From: Ignicoccus islandicus DSM 13165
GTDB lineage: Archaea; Thermoproteota; Thermoprotei_A; Sulfolobales; Ignicoccaceae
Direction of reading: 5' to 3'
Assembly: GCF_001481685.1 (NCBI RefSeq)
Contig: NZ_CP006867.1
Coordinates: forward strand, 1,290,001 to 1,322,000
DNA length: 32,000 nucleotides
Numbering within the stretch: position 1 is the first letter of the stretch; each line of letters opens with the position of its first letter. Of this stretch, positions 9,767-17,636 are shown piece by piece. Under the pieces are notes generated by a model that saw only the letters and a list, made by a program, of their open reading frames with translations, searched no databases and was not told the DNA's origin. The position numbers were made by a program, and so were the translations under genes.

Positions 9767-11377
9767 GTGGAAGCTTTACTAAGATCGAAATGTAGAGCAC
9801 TATACAAGGAAGGCAACTATGTTTACGTAGCTTGTAGCTTCATTAACTTAATGCCTTGGAGAAACTCAATTGAGATTGCCGGAGAAGTTGTAAACGGACC
9901 TTTGAGTAGAGTTAATGGAAATATCTGGAGGATCCATGGTATAAGAGGTTCTATTCTACTAAAGGGTAAAGAGGGAAGTATAGGAAAAATTGGTTCGAAG
10001 AATTTCATCTTTCACGTACCGGATGTAAACGTATTAGGTCTAAAGAACGGTATAGTTATAGTACACATCATTGGACACGGGAAATATAGAGGGTACATCT
10101 ACGGATCGTACGTTGAAGGGGAAATAGGAAGTTCGAACGACATTGTAATAGGAATTCCCCCGATCAGAGGGAACAAGGCTAAGCTAGAAGTAGGCGGCCT
10201 TATTCTCGAAAAACAGCTTCCGTCATTTACATCATTAAATGAACTCGATATAATGCTCCCATATGTAGTATTAAACATTGAGAACGATTGTAAGGAGATA
10301 TACTCATGGGAGAACGTTGAAGTAATGTACAGCGATTTTTCGATTGAAAAAGTCTACGGGCACCAGAGAATTTGTGGGAAAAGCTTCATATATTACCGAG
10401 GCTTCATAGAAGAACCAATAAATGTCTTACTGAGACCCTCAAAGGACGTACTTAGAAAGAGGGTTGTCTCGGTAGACCCTAAACGAGATTACGTTGTTTT
10501 ACGAACTTCTTCTGAGACTGTTGTTATCTCGAAAGACGATCTAAAAGTCTTTCCTGGAAGAGTTATCTATTGTCGGGAAAACGATACAGAGGTATTAATG
10601 GATGAGAAAGGAATAGTTAACGTACTCAAGGGTGGAAAACCGTTCGCAAGCGTTAGATTTAATGAAAAAGTTAGTTCGTGTGAAGTACTCAATGACAAAA
10701 TATACTTAACTGTTCCTTCTAGAAAACCCGAAAGCTTCGCTAGTCTAGTTAATATAGGTAACGGATTCACGTTTATTCCATTCATAGCCGAGGTATCTGA
10801 TGTACCATGGATAGAAGAATGGGGGTACAAAGATACTTCCTTTGTAACTAGGCTCGGTTCGAATGAGATTACGTTCTTGGAGGAGGGTATCTCCAAACTA
10901 GTGAAGCTTGAAGAAGGATTGCTGCTCGCGTACAACCTTTATGGAGGTGTATTCCTTATAGATGAGAATTTAAAGCTACTGTGGAAAAGAGAGACTAGGG
11001 GCGTGAGATCAGTTGCTGCAAGTAAAGATATGCTGGCGATTTGGTCTCAAAGACCTCCTCGTTTAAGACTGTTCTCATTCATGAAAGACAAAAGATTGAA
11101 AGAGGTAAGGAGACTGAGGTTAGGCCTGAATCACGTATCCTTGTGTTTCGATGGTAAACTGAGTTTGTTCGTTGCAATAGATGATAATGGAAATGTTCTA
11201 TACATTAACGAACATGGAGAAATAGTGCTGAAAGGGAAAGCAGAGCCGTCATGGGCATGCATTAGTTTCGACCCGTATCTAGTTACAATAAATGAGAACG
11301 GTGTAAAGCTATGGAAAAGATTAACCTCTATGGAGGACTGGGATGAGATCTATCTCCTCATCCCCTCTGAGTTTTGA
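9767..11377 (+). CDS. Hypothetical protein, probably beta-propeller-like
   Basis: 536 aa open frame 22 nt after the metallopeptidase gene. Repeated blade-like segments, e.g. GLLLAYNLYGGVFLIDENLKLLWKRETRGVRSVAASKDMLAIWS and LFVAIDDNGNVLYINEHGEIVLKGKAEPSWACISFD. Confidence 0.6.
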   Translation: MEALLRSKCRALYKEGNYVYVACSFINLMPWRNSIEIAGEVVNGPLSRVNGNIWRIHGIRGSILLKGKEGSIGKIGSKNFIFHVPDVNVLGLKNGIVIVHIIGHGKYRGYIYGSYVEGEIGSSNDIVIGIPPIRGNKAKLEVGGLILEKQLPSFTSLNELDIMLPYVVLNIENDCKEIYSWENVEVMYSDFSIEKVYGHQRICGKSFIYYRGFIEEPINVLLRPSKDVLRKRVVSVDPKRDYVVLRTSSETVVISKDDLKVFPGRVIYCRENDTEVLMDEKGIVNVLKGGKPFASVRFNEKVSSCEVLNDKIYLTVPSRKPESFASLVNIGNGFTFIPFIAEVSDVPWIEEWGYKDTSFVTRLGSNEITFLEEGISKLVKLEEGLLLAYNLYGGVFLIDENLKLLWKRETRGVRSVAASKDMLAIWSQRPPRLRLFSFMKDKRLKEVRRLRLGLNHVSLCFDGKLSLFVAIDDNGNVLYINEHGEIVLKGKAEPSWACISFDPYLVTINENGVKLWKRLTSMEDWDEIYLLIPSEF

Positions 11378-11590
11378 GTCCTCTAGTACGCTTAATTCTC
11401 TGGAATTCACAAAAACGAGTAGGAGCGGTGACGGATCACCGGATGGTCTTATTAAATCTTGTAGTTCTGGATAGCACTTGCGTAGGCACTTTAATAAATC
11501 TCGTATATTAGAGGCCTCGATTTCTATAACTTTTCCTTTCCAATGGACCTTTACCATATAATATTTCACCCTATGATTACTTCGCCCCAT
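11321..11590 (-). CDS. Small ubiquitin-fold (MoaD/ThiS/SAMP-like) protein; likely true start is the internal Met at about 11557
   Basis: MVKVHWKGKVIEIEASNIRDLLKCLRKCYPELQDLIRP...LLVFVNSRELSVLEDSKLRGDEEIDLIPVLHRG follows the MoaD/ThiS beta-grasp pattern (VNxxxV...LxxGDEIxxIPxxxGG). C-terminus is RG rather than GG. Confidence 0.6.
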   Translation of the reverse strand: MGRSNHRVKYYMVKVHWKGKVIEIEASNIRDLLKCLRKCYPELQDLIRPSGDPSPLLLVFVNSRELSVLEDSKLRGDEEIDLIPVLHRG

Positions 11591-12528
11591 GGAGTCTGTA
11601 TTTTCGATGGTCCCTCTATAACCCTCCCTATCGGTCTGGCTTCTATTGCGTATTTCTTAGAGAGTTCCAAGACTTTATCTGGATGTTTAGTAATTATTAC
11701 CATTCCTATTCCCATATTGAACGTTCTATAAGCCTCGGTTGGATCCATCCTTGCTGCCTCAACTATTTTCTTAAATATTGCAGGGGGCTCAAAGTATTCG
11801 TACTGTATGCCTAAACCTGTCGGTAATCTCTCGTGAACTTTCTTAAAAGCACCGCCAGTAACGTGTGCTGCCCACTTGATTACACCTGTTTTCATACCCT
11901 CTAATACGATGTTATGGTAGTTGGTAACTGGTGCAATTACTTCTGGCATTAAGTCCTCTAATTTTAGCAATCCCTCTCGTATAAGCCTCCTTATGAGCGT
12001 GTACCCGTTGGCATGCGGTCCACTCGAAGCCAATCCTACCACATAGTCTCCCGGTTCAGGTACCGAAGGCTTAGCTTCTCTAATACCCAATACTGTGCAC
12101 GATATGTCGAATCCTCTTACCACGTCTGGCATTATCGCAGTTTCTCCGCCTGCTAGATAGGCTCCTACTTCCCTCAATGCTTTATCTAGTCCTTGACCTA
12201 TCCTCCTAGCCAATTCCTCATCGGATTTTTCTACTGCAAGATAGTCGACTACAGCGAGAACTTTGAATCCTTCACATGCTACGTCATTAGCGTTCACAAA
12301 TACGCAATCCCACCCAGCAATGTCCTCCCTACCAACCATTGATAGTAAGATAGTTTTGGTTCCAACGCCATCAACGTGAAGGGTTACTTCTTTACCATTG
12401 ATTTCGAAGACCGAGGTATATGAACCTATGCCTTTGGTCTTGGAACCAACTAGTTTAAGTATATTCTCCTCCATCTTTCTTTGTTTATCTATATCTACGC
12501 CCGCTTTAGAGTATGTCCATTTGGACAT
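11566..12528 (-). CDS. purM: Phosphoribosylformylglycinamidine cyclo-ligase (AIR synthase)
   Basis: YSKAGVDIDKQ, HVDGVGTKTIL, NANDVACEG, GGETAIMPDV, LASSGPHANGYTLIR, HVTGGAFKKVHERLP. Confidence 0.94.
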   Translation of the reverse strand: MSKWTYSKAGVDIDKQRKMEENILKLVGSKTKGIGSYTSVFEINGKEVTLHVDGVGTKTILLSMVGREDIAGWDCVFVNANDVACEGFKVLAVVDYLAVEKSDEELARRIGQGLDKALREVGAYLAGGETAIMPDVVRGFDISCTVLGIREAKPSVPEPGDYVVGLASSGPHANGYTLIRRLIREGLLKLEDLMPEVIAPVTNYHNIVLEGMKTGVIKWAAHVTGGAFKKVHERLPTGLGIQYEYFEPPAIFKKIVEAARMDPTEAYRTFNMGIGMVIITKHPDKVLELSKKYAIEARPIGRVIEGPSKIQTPWGEVIIG

Positions 12529-12607
12529 TCAATCAGACCTCCGTAAACACACACAGCCGCGCCAGACATTAAGTAATACTACATAGATACTTTCGGGGCA
12601 CTGTCTC

Positions 12608-13144
12608 TTGATACAGCTATCTGAGCAGAGACCTAGACAAGTGAATTTAAAGATAGTGTACTACGGTCCCAAGGACTTCGAATTCGATAAAGTCGTTACT
12701 GCTATAGAATTCACTAGAAACGAGTTGATGGTACTATACGGTATACAAACCTCCTATGAGGTGGTAGACGTCGTCTCCCCACACTACACCTTCTTTAACG
12801 ATATACATGGTCTAGAGAATACTTCGTTCTCCTACTCTAGGTATCCTAGAGTTATAGTTAACAATAACAACGTAATTTATATCGATACTACTCTCGCGCT
12901 GGATGAGCTAGTAAAGAAATTGGTTACGGAAATAACGAGGCGTGTCTTCAAAGGTAAACTAAACGAGGCAACTGAAGGAGGTTCAAATGAACAATTATTC
13001 GCCCTCAATTCATATTTCCTTATAATTACCAACGTCAACGATTCCAGTGAAGAAGTAAATGGGTTTAACGAGATGAGCATGGTCGGCGAAACTGATATGA
13101 TGATGAACGAATCCGCGGGTGATCTCTTTAGTAAAAGGATATAG
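12608..13144 (+). CDS. Hypothetical protein; probable start is GTG at 12641
   Basis: Open frame with a structured hydrophobic pattern MNLKIVYYGPKDFEFDKVVTAIEFTRNELMVLYGI...; C-terminal tail is Asn/Met/Ser rich. No family recognised. Confidence 0.55.
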   Translation: MIQLSEQRPRQVNLKIVYYGPKDFEFDKVVTAIEFTRNELMVLYGIQTSYEVVDVVSPHYTFFNDIHGLENTSFSYSRYPRVIVNNNNVIYIDTTLALDELVKKLVTEITRRVFKGKLNEATEGGSNEQLFALNSYFLIITNVNDSSEEVNGFNEMSMVGETDMMMNESAGDLFSKRI

Positions 13145-14360
13145 CGCATCCAACCTCAAGCCTTTTACATATCCCCTTGAAGTCCTCCTCAGGTACGCCA
13201 CTATACTCTCCAATCAAATGGAGTTTTCTTCCCTCAATAGGCACTATTAATTGATGATCCAAATCCATTTCCACTTGCAATTTTCGTGGTTCCATAGCTT
13301 CATATCCACATTTCTTACACTTCCTAAGTAAACTTCTTGAACCTTTACTAACCATAGCCCCTCCGCATTTAGGACAACGAGGTGACTTGTAATTTATCGC
13401 GACAGCCTTCTCTATTTCTAATGCAGCTAATGAGATGCTATGTGGTTTATATATTATAGAAAGTCTGCCTTTGATTTTTGCTCGAGATTTTGATAAATAT
13501 AGAAGGAACTTCCTAAGCCCGCTTTCTTCATATATCATTACGTTCTTTCCATTAAGTTTTACAATAAAGTCCCTTCCTACTTCAATTATTTCGGAGCTAT
13601 CTATTTCAATATCTAAAGTCTTGAAATCATAAGGATAGACGTCCTTAGCAACAGAAGGTTTGAATGAATGTTGATTTGTTCTAAAAGCCGTATAGAAATG
13701 GACGTCCTCAGCGTCTATTATTCGAGCTAAAGAGATTAAGAGTGGGAGGTTCCTGCCTCTTAGACCATAAAGAACCGGATCATCTCCTCTGGGACATATA
13801 ACTGAGCTAGAGCTTTCATGGACGTATGGATAAAATGCTAGAACGAGATGATCATAGAAAGGAGCGAAGCTACACTTCCTCGGCTTTCGCGAACTCTTTC
13901 TATAGGCTATTAATTCGAAATTCGGTAAGTCTCTTACAGTTGCAGCAGCAGCTGCCGCGCCTATTAAGGAACCTTCGTTTCCATAGAATAACATGTCGTC
14001 GTTAAGTTCCTCTTTAATAACATCGGGATGAACTACGGTCTCGATAGCCATTCGGTAGATCTTACTAGAAGGTCTTTTGCTTGAGACCAGGATAGCGCCC
14101 TTCTTGTTATATTCTCTAATATAATCTTTAAGGAAGGAAACGGTTTCTTCATATATCAGAGAAGGGTCTCCAGAAATTTCAAACGATATGGCTGCGTTGC
14201 CTCTGGTCTTCCAAGGAACTGATGGATTTAATCTAACTAAGTACGGGTAATCGAGTAGATGGAATCCTCGGGATTCGAGGTATAGAATTAATAAGGAAGC
14301 TACGTGCGTAGTGCAGCCGGCTCTAGGCATATCGAAACCATCTATTGCGACAATGGTCAT
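13128..14360 (-). CDS. tiaS: tRNA(Ile2) 2-agmatinylcytidine synthetase
   Basis: VAIDGFDMPRAGCTTHVASLL, PYLVRLNPSVPWKTRGNAAISFEI, GNEGSLIGAAAAAA, DDPVLYGLRGRNLPLL and C-terminal zinc ribbon CPKCGGAM...CKKCGYEA match TiaS architecture. Confidence 0.87.
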   Translation of the reverse strand: MTIVAIDGFDMPRAGCTTHVASLLILYLESRGFHLLDYPYLVRLNPSVPWKTRGNAAISFEISGDPSLIYEETVSFLKDYIREYNKKGAILVSSKRPSSKIYRMAIETVVHPDVIKEELNDDMLFYGNEGSLIGAAAAAATVRDLPNFELIAYRKSSRKPRKCSFAPFYDHLVLAFYPYVHESSSSVICPRGDDPVLYGLRGRNLPLLISLARIIDAEDVHFYTAFRTNQHSFKPSVAKDVYPYDFKTLDIEIDSSEIIEVGRDFIVKLNGKNVMIYEESGLRKFLLYLSKSRAKIKGRLSIIYKPHSISLAALEIEKAVAINYKSPRCPKCGGAMVSKGSRSLLRKCKKCGYEAMEPRKLQVEMDLDHQLIVPIEGRKLHLIGEYSGVPEEDFKGICKRLEVGCAISFY

Positions 14361-14368
14361 TATCTACT

Positions 14369-14647
14369 TTACCTTTGGAAGTGCTTACCTTCAACACCTA
14401 TTAATGTCAATGTTGATCTGACACCGGGCATGTTCCTAATGTTCCTAGTAATCGCTTCGTTTAGCTTCGCCAACGTTGGAGCTTCCAGTTTGGCAACTAT
14501 GTCAAACGTACCGTAAGTTATATATACTTCCTTTACTTCGGGTATTTGCTTCAGTCTTTCGAATACATCTACTTCCTTTCCTATATCGGTGTTTATTAAT
14601 ACTATAGCTATAGCCACGTCGAGATGCCACCCTACTATTTCGTTCAC
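14369..14647 (-). CDS. Stand-alone Lrp/AsnC ligand-binding (RAM) domain protein, no HTH; likely start at GTG around 14617
   Basis: AIVLINTDIGKEVDVFERLKQIPEVKEVYITYGTFDIVAKLEAPTLAKLNEAITRNIRNMPGVRSTLTLIGVE is a typical AsnC_trans_reg fold sequence. Confidence 0.85.
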   Translation of the reverse strand: MNEIVGWHLDVAIAIVLINTDIGKEVDVFERLKQIPEVKEVYITYGTFDIVAKLEAPTLAKLNEAITRNIRNMPGVRSTLTLIGVEGKHFQR

Positions 14648-14692
14648 CGTTTACTTTTAAAGGATAACCTCCACCACTCTCTTGAGCTAAAG

Positions 14693-15634
14693 ATGGATAA
14701 GAGAGTTGAAAATTTACTAGAGTTGCTTCTAAGCTTATTAAGAGAGCCCCCTGAAGATGTTGAGATAAAAGGTTCGTATCCAGAAGACTTGACACCGATA
14801 CTCTCATGGTTGAAGAGGACCTTTGGAGTCCCTACCAAGGTGGCGTACTTAGGTCCCGAGGGGAGTTATACGCATGAAGCTGCAGTTACTGCCTTTCCTG
14901 GAGCACAGCTACTGCCTAGTAAAACCATTTCTGAAGTTTTCGAAAAAGTATCGAAGAACGAGGCAAAGTATGGAATAGTACCAATAGCTAATAGACTAGA
15001 AGGCCCGGTTAATGAGACCATAGACAACTTATTCTTTCATAACTTATACATAAAAAGTGCGCTTGAGATACCGATAAAGATAGTGTTAGCCTCGAATGAA
15101 GAGACGGACCTAAACACTATTCAAAAGATATATGGTCATCCGATGATCTTCGGACAAGCCAGGAAAATATTAGATAAGTTAAAGGTACCAACAATACCTA
15201 CGAGGAGTACATCTGAGGCCGCACTGTTAGCTAAGAGCGAGAAAGGCGCTGCCGCTCTATGCAGCCCCCTCGCTGCATCAATATATAATCTCAAGATTCT
15301 TCAAGACTCTGTTGAAGATAACCCTAACAATAGCACAAAATTCTTTGTTTTGAGTAAATACTATAGGGAGGAAGGTGATTATACCGTTCTATTAGCCTCA
15401 GTGAAGCATCAACCGGGTGGATTGTACGAATTCTTAAAACCTTTCGCAGAATCGGGTGTAAACTTAACCATGATATATTCGAGACCGATGAAAGACATTC
15501 CTTGGCATTACGTATTCTATATAGAGTTAGAAGGAAGTATAAAAGATTTGAAGAGCGTAATCGAAGAAGCCAGGAAAAGCTCTGTATTCATAAAACTCTT
15601 AGGAAGTTACGACCTTCTCGAAATCACCCGATAA
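14693..15634 (+). CDS. pheA: Prephenate dehydratase with C-terminal ACT domain (ORF track start 14624; ATG at 14693 more likely)
   Basis: VAYLGPEGSYTHEAAVTAFP, KYGIVPIANRLEGPVNETIDNL, NNSTKFFVLSKYYR, PGGLYEFLKPFAESGVNLTMIYSRPMKDIPWHYVFYIELEG. Confidence 0.92.
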   Translation: MDKRVENLLELLLSLLREPPEDVEIKGSYPEDLTPILSWLKRTFGVPTKVAYLGPEGSYTHEAAVTAFPGAQLLPSKTISEVFEKVSKNEAKYGIVPIANRLEGPVNETIDNLFFHNLYIKSALEIPIKIVLASNEETDLNTIQKIYGHPMIFGQARKILDKLKVPTIPTRSTSEAALLAKSEKGAAALCSPLAASIYNLKILQDSVEDNPNNSTKFFVLSKYYREEGDYTVLLASVKHQPGGLYEFLKPFAESGVNLTMIYSRPMKDIPWHYVFYIELEGSIKDLKSVIEEARKSSVFIKLLGSYDLLEITR

Positions 15635-15702
15635 GGGGGTCATACCGCAGGGAATGTCCTCATCTATTTGGCCTAGGTGTTGCCTATCATCCCCCGCTCC
15701 CT

Positions 15703-15717
15703 CTTTACTATATAACC
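15703..15717. promoter_or_regulatory. Possible TATA box (TTACTATATAACC) in the pheA to ASCH intergenic region
   Basis: A/T-rich TATA-like octamer in a GC-rich intergenic stretch, 77-90 bp upstream of the ASCH ORF start. It also reads as a TATA-like element (GGTTATATAGTA) on the minus strand. Confidence 0.35.
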
Positions 15718-15793
15718 ATTCCTAGAGATAGTTGGGGACTCAGAGGCTCCTCGCTTTGGCCCCTCTTCACCTTTTCAGGTTAAAACGCAAACG

Positions 15794-16426
15794 ATGAATT
15801 CTATTGTTTCATTTCCAGTCATAGCCGGGAAGGTAGGGATGGGTGGGAAGCTAAAATACATTGGCCGTCACCTCATGGTGAAAGGCGAGTTCGTTGACGA
15901 AATTTTATCTGGAAGAAAGAGGGCAACTATTAGGTTAGGTATATGGAAGCCGAAGTTCAACGAACTAATACTCCACGGTGGTGGGAGACCTTTCGCTATT
16001 GTAAGAATAACTGATGTTGAGTATAAGAGAGTTAAAGACCTCACAGAAGAAGACGCGAGAGCTGATGGGTTTAATAGTATGGAAGAGCTAATGAGGAGCT
16101 TGCGGAGAGTTTACCCTCATTTAAATGAGGAGGACTACGTAACAATATTGAAGTTCCAACTAATCAAGAAGTTAACTGAACTCGACATAAGAGATCCGTA
16201 TATGGGCTTAAAGCCTTCGGAAATAGCTAGATTAGCTTTAAGGTATTTAACAGATCTCTCTGATGAGGACAAAAGAATATTTAAAACGCTCACCGAAACT
16301 GAGAGCTTGAGAGAAACAGCAATTCGACTTTTCGGTTCCATATCCAAGCGCTGGATAATAAGAAAGAAATTAAAGAAGGCACTAAATGAGCTCATAGAAA
16401 AAGGTTTAATAGGCCCCAAGAGATAG
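15794..16426 (+). CDS. ASCH-domain (PUA-like) protein with C-terminal helical domain
   Basis: LMVKGEFVDEILSGRKRATIRLGIWKPK...RPFAIVRITDVEYKRVKDLTEEDARADGFNSMEEL is the ASCH signature; the remainder is helical. Confidence 0.8.
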   Translation: MNSIVSFPVIAGKVGMGGKLKYIGRHLMVKGEFVDEILSGRKRATIRLGIWKPKFNELILHGGGRPFAIVRITDVEYKRVKDLTEEDARADGFNSMEELMRSLRRVYPHLNEEDYVTILKFQLIKKLTELDIRDPYMGLKPSEIARLALRYLTDLSDEDKRIFKTLTETESLRETAIRLFGSISKRWIIRKKLKKALNELIEKGLIGPKR

Positions 16427-16484
16427 CTTGATCGTTCGAAAAATTACTCGAGCGAAAACTTAATCTTCCCTTTCAACCCGCACC

Positions 16485-16931
16485 GTGTCGGTAAGTGAAA
16501 TGGTGAATGAAGCACTAAGAACAAAGGAAACACCGCAAGATCGCATAATTGGGAGACATGTATACGGAAATCTGTATGGCATCGACCCAAACTTACTGTG
16601 GAACGAAGAATTTCTGAGAGACTTAGTAAAGAGGGCAGCCGAGGTAGCTAACATGAAGTTGGTAGAAGTGAAGTCATGGAAGTTCGAGGGTTATCACGGC
16701 GGAGTTTCAGTAATGGCGTTAGTATTGGAAAGCCATATAACTATACACACGTGGCCGGACTACGAATACGCTACAGTTGATGTATATACATGCGGCGAGA
16801 AAGGTGATCCTTGGCGCGCTTTCAATTTCATTGTTGAAGAGTTAAAACCTGAGGACTATACCGTCCACTACGCAGATCGTAGTAGTAGACCTAGAATACC
16901 GTCAGGTAATAAGGAGATTTTGTACCAGTAA
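16485..16931 (+). CDS. speD: S-adenosylmethionine decarboxylase proenzyme (class 1B type)
   Basis: GRHVYGNLYGID...LESHITIHTWPDYEYATVDVYTCGEKGDPWRAFNFI, with Ser of ESHITIHTWPE-like motif as the processing site. Confidence 0.93.
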   Translation: MSVSEMVNEALRTKETPQDRIIGRHVYGNLYGIDPNLLWNEEFLRDLVKRAAEVANMKLVEVKSWKFEGYHGGVSVMALVLESHITIHTWPDYEYATVDVYTCGEKGDPWRAFNFIVEELKPEDYTVHYADRSSRPRIPSGNKEILYQ

Positions 16932-17554
16932 TTGCGAAGGATCTCGAGCTGATTTTCTAGAATCTCGTAAATTCGGTCATTTAGTGAAGTAACTATTATC
17001 TCTTTCCACATGTACCCTCTGAAGGGAAGCCTTAGTAACTTCCATCCTACGGTAATAGCATAAATGAAAGGCGATTTGGTTAATTGGAACCACTCTCTAC
17101 CTAAATCAATGCTACCCTCAACGAGATAGCTTAATTCTCGTGCGTAATCACCGATATATAGACATAAATCCGCGTCTTCTTTATTACTCAACAACTTTAT
17201 TTTCTTGAATCCTATGTAAGAAAGGTACCAAAGAGCTAACGTAAGTCCGCTTCGTGATTGCGGTGTACTCCACAATCTTACTGTATCTTTAACAGTACGT
17301 TCTTTTTTACACGGAATTAATAGGACGTTTCTTACAGGGCCATTAGACATTACTACTGGCATTTGAGGTAACAGAATTGATTGTGGTAAATAGAGAACCA
17401 TAGAAGTGACCATGGCTATATCAACCTTCTTTGTAAGATATCTGTATAGCGAAATCAGAGGTTCATCCAAGATTACCTTAACGCCTAAGTTTCTCCATTG
17501 TTCGACTAACTTAGAAGAGTATTTATACTTAATTAGAGATATTGACACCGTCAT
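16868..17554 (-). CDS. MqnA/MqnD-family (chorismate dehydratase-like) protein
   Basis: VDIAMVTSMVLYLPQ, MSNGPVRNVLLI, ADLCLYIGDYARE, SIDLGREWFQLTKSPFIYAITVGWK resemble MqnA motifs (DIALVPS, GPVxSVLL, ALLIGDxAL, YDLGExWxxxTGLPFVFAxWA). Confidence 0.7.
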   Translation of the reverse strand: MTVSISLIKYKYSSKLVEQWRNLGVKVILDEPLISLYRYLTKKVDIAMVTSMVLYLPQSILLPQMPVVMSNGPVRNVLLIPCKKERTVKDTVRLWSTPQSRSGLTLALWYLSYIGFKKIKLLSNKEDADLCLYIGDYARELSYLVEGSIDLGREWFQLTKSPFIYAITVGWKLLRLPFRGYMWKEIIVTSLNDRIYEILENQLEILRNYWYKISLLPDGILGLLLRSA

Positions 17555-17636
17555 TAGTACTTTCCAACGAAGATGATCTGGCGTTTACTTTATTTTTATT
17601 AAGCATGTCAAGGGGTTCTCTTTCGGGACTGCTATT

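Noticed and set aside
12877-13149. 90 aa minus-strand ORF opposite the orphan at 12608..13144
   Set aside because: Shadow ORF; the + strand frame has better N-terminal context, though both genes are hypothetical so this is not certain.
15635-15700. tRNA or C/D box sRNA in the GC-rich intergenic segment
   Set aside because: No T-loop GGTTCRANTCC pattern and no convincing paired C (RUGAUGA) and D (CUGA) boxes; kept only as an unassigned structured candidate.
15502-15783. 93 aa + strand ORF spanning pheA 3' end and intergenic region
   Set aside because: Overlaps pheA in another frame with implausible composition; the intergenic part is more likely non-coding.
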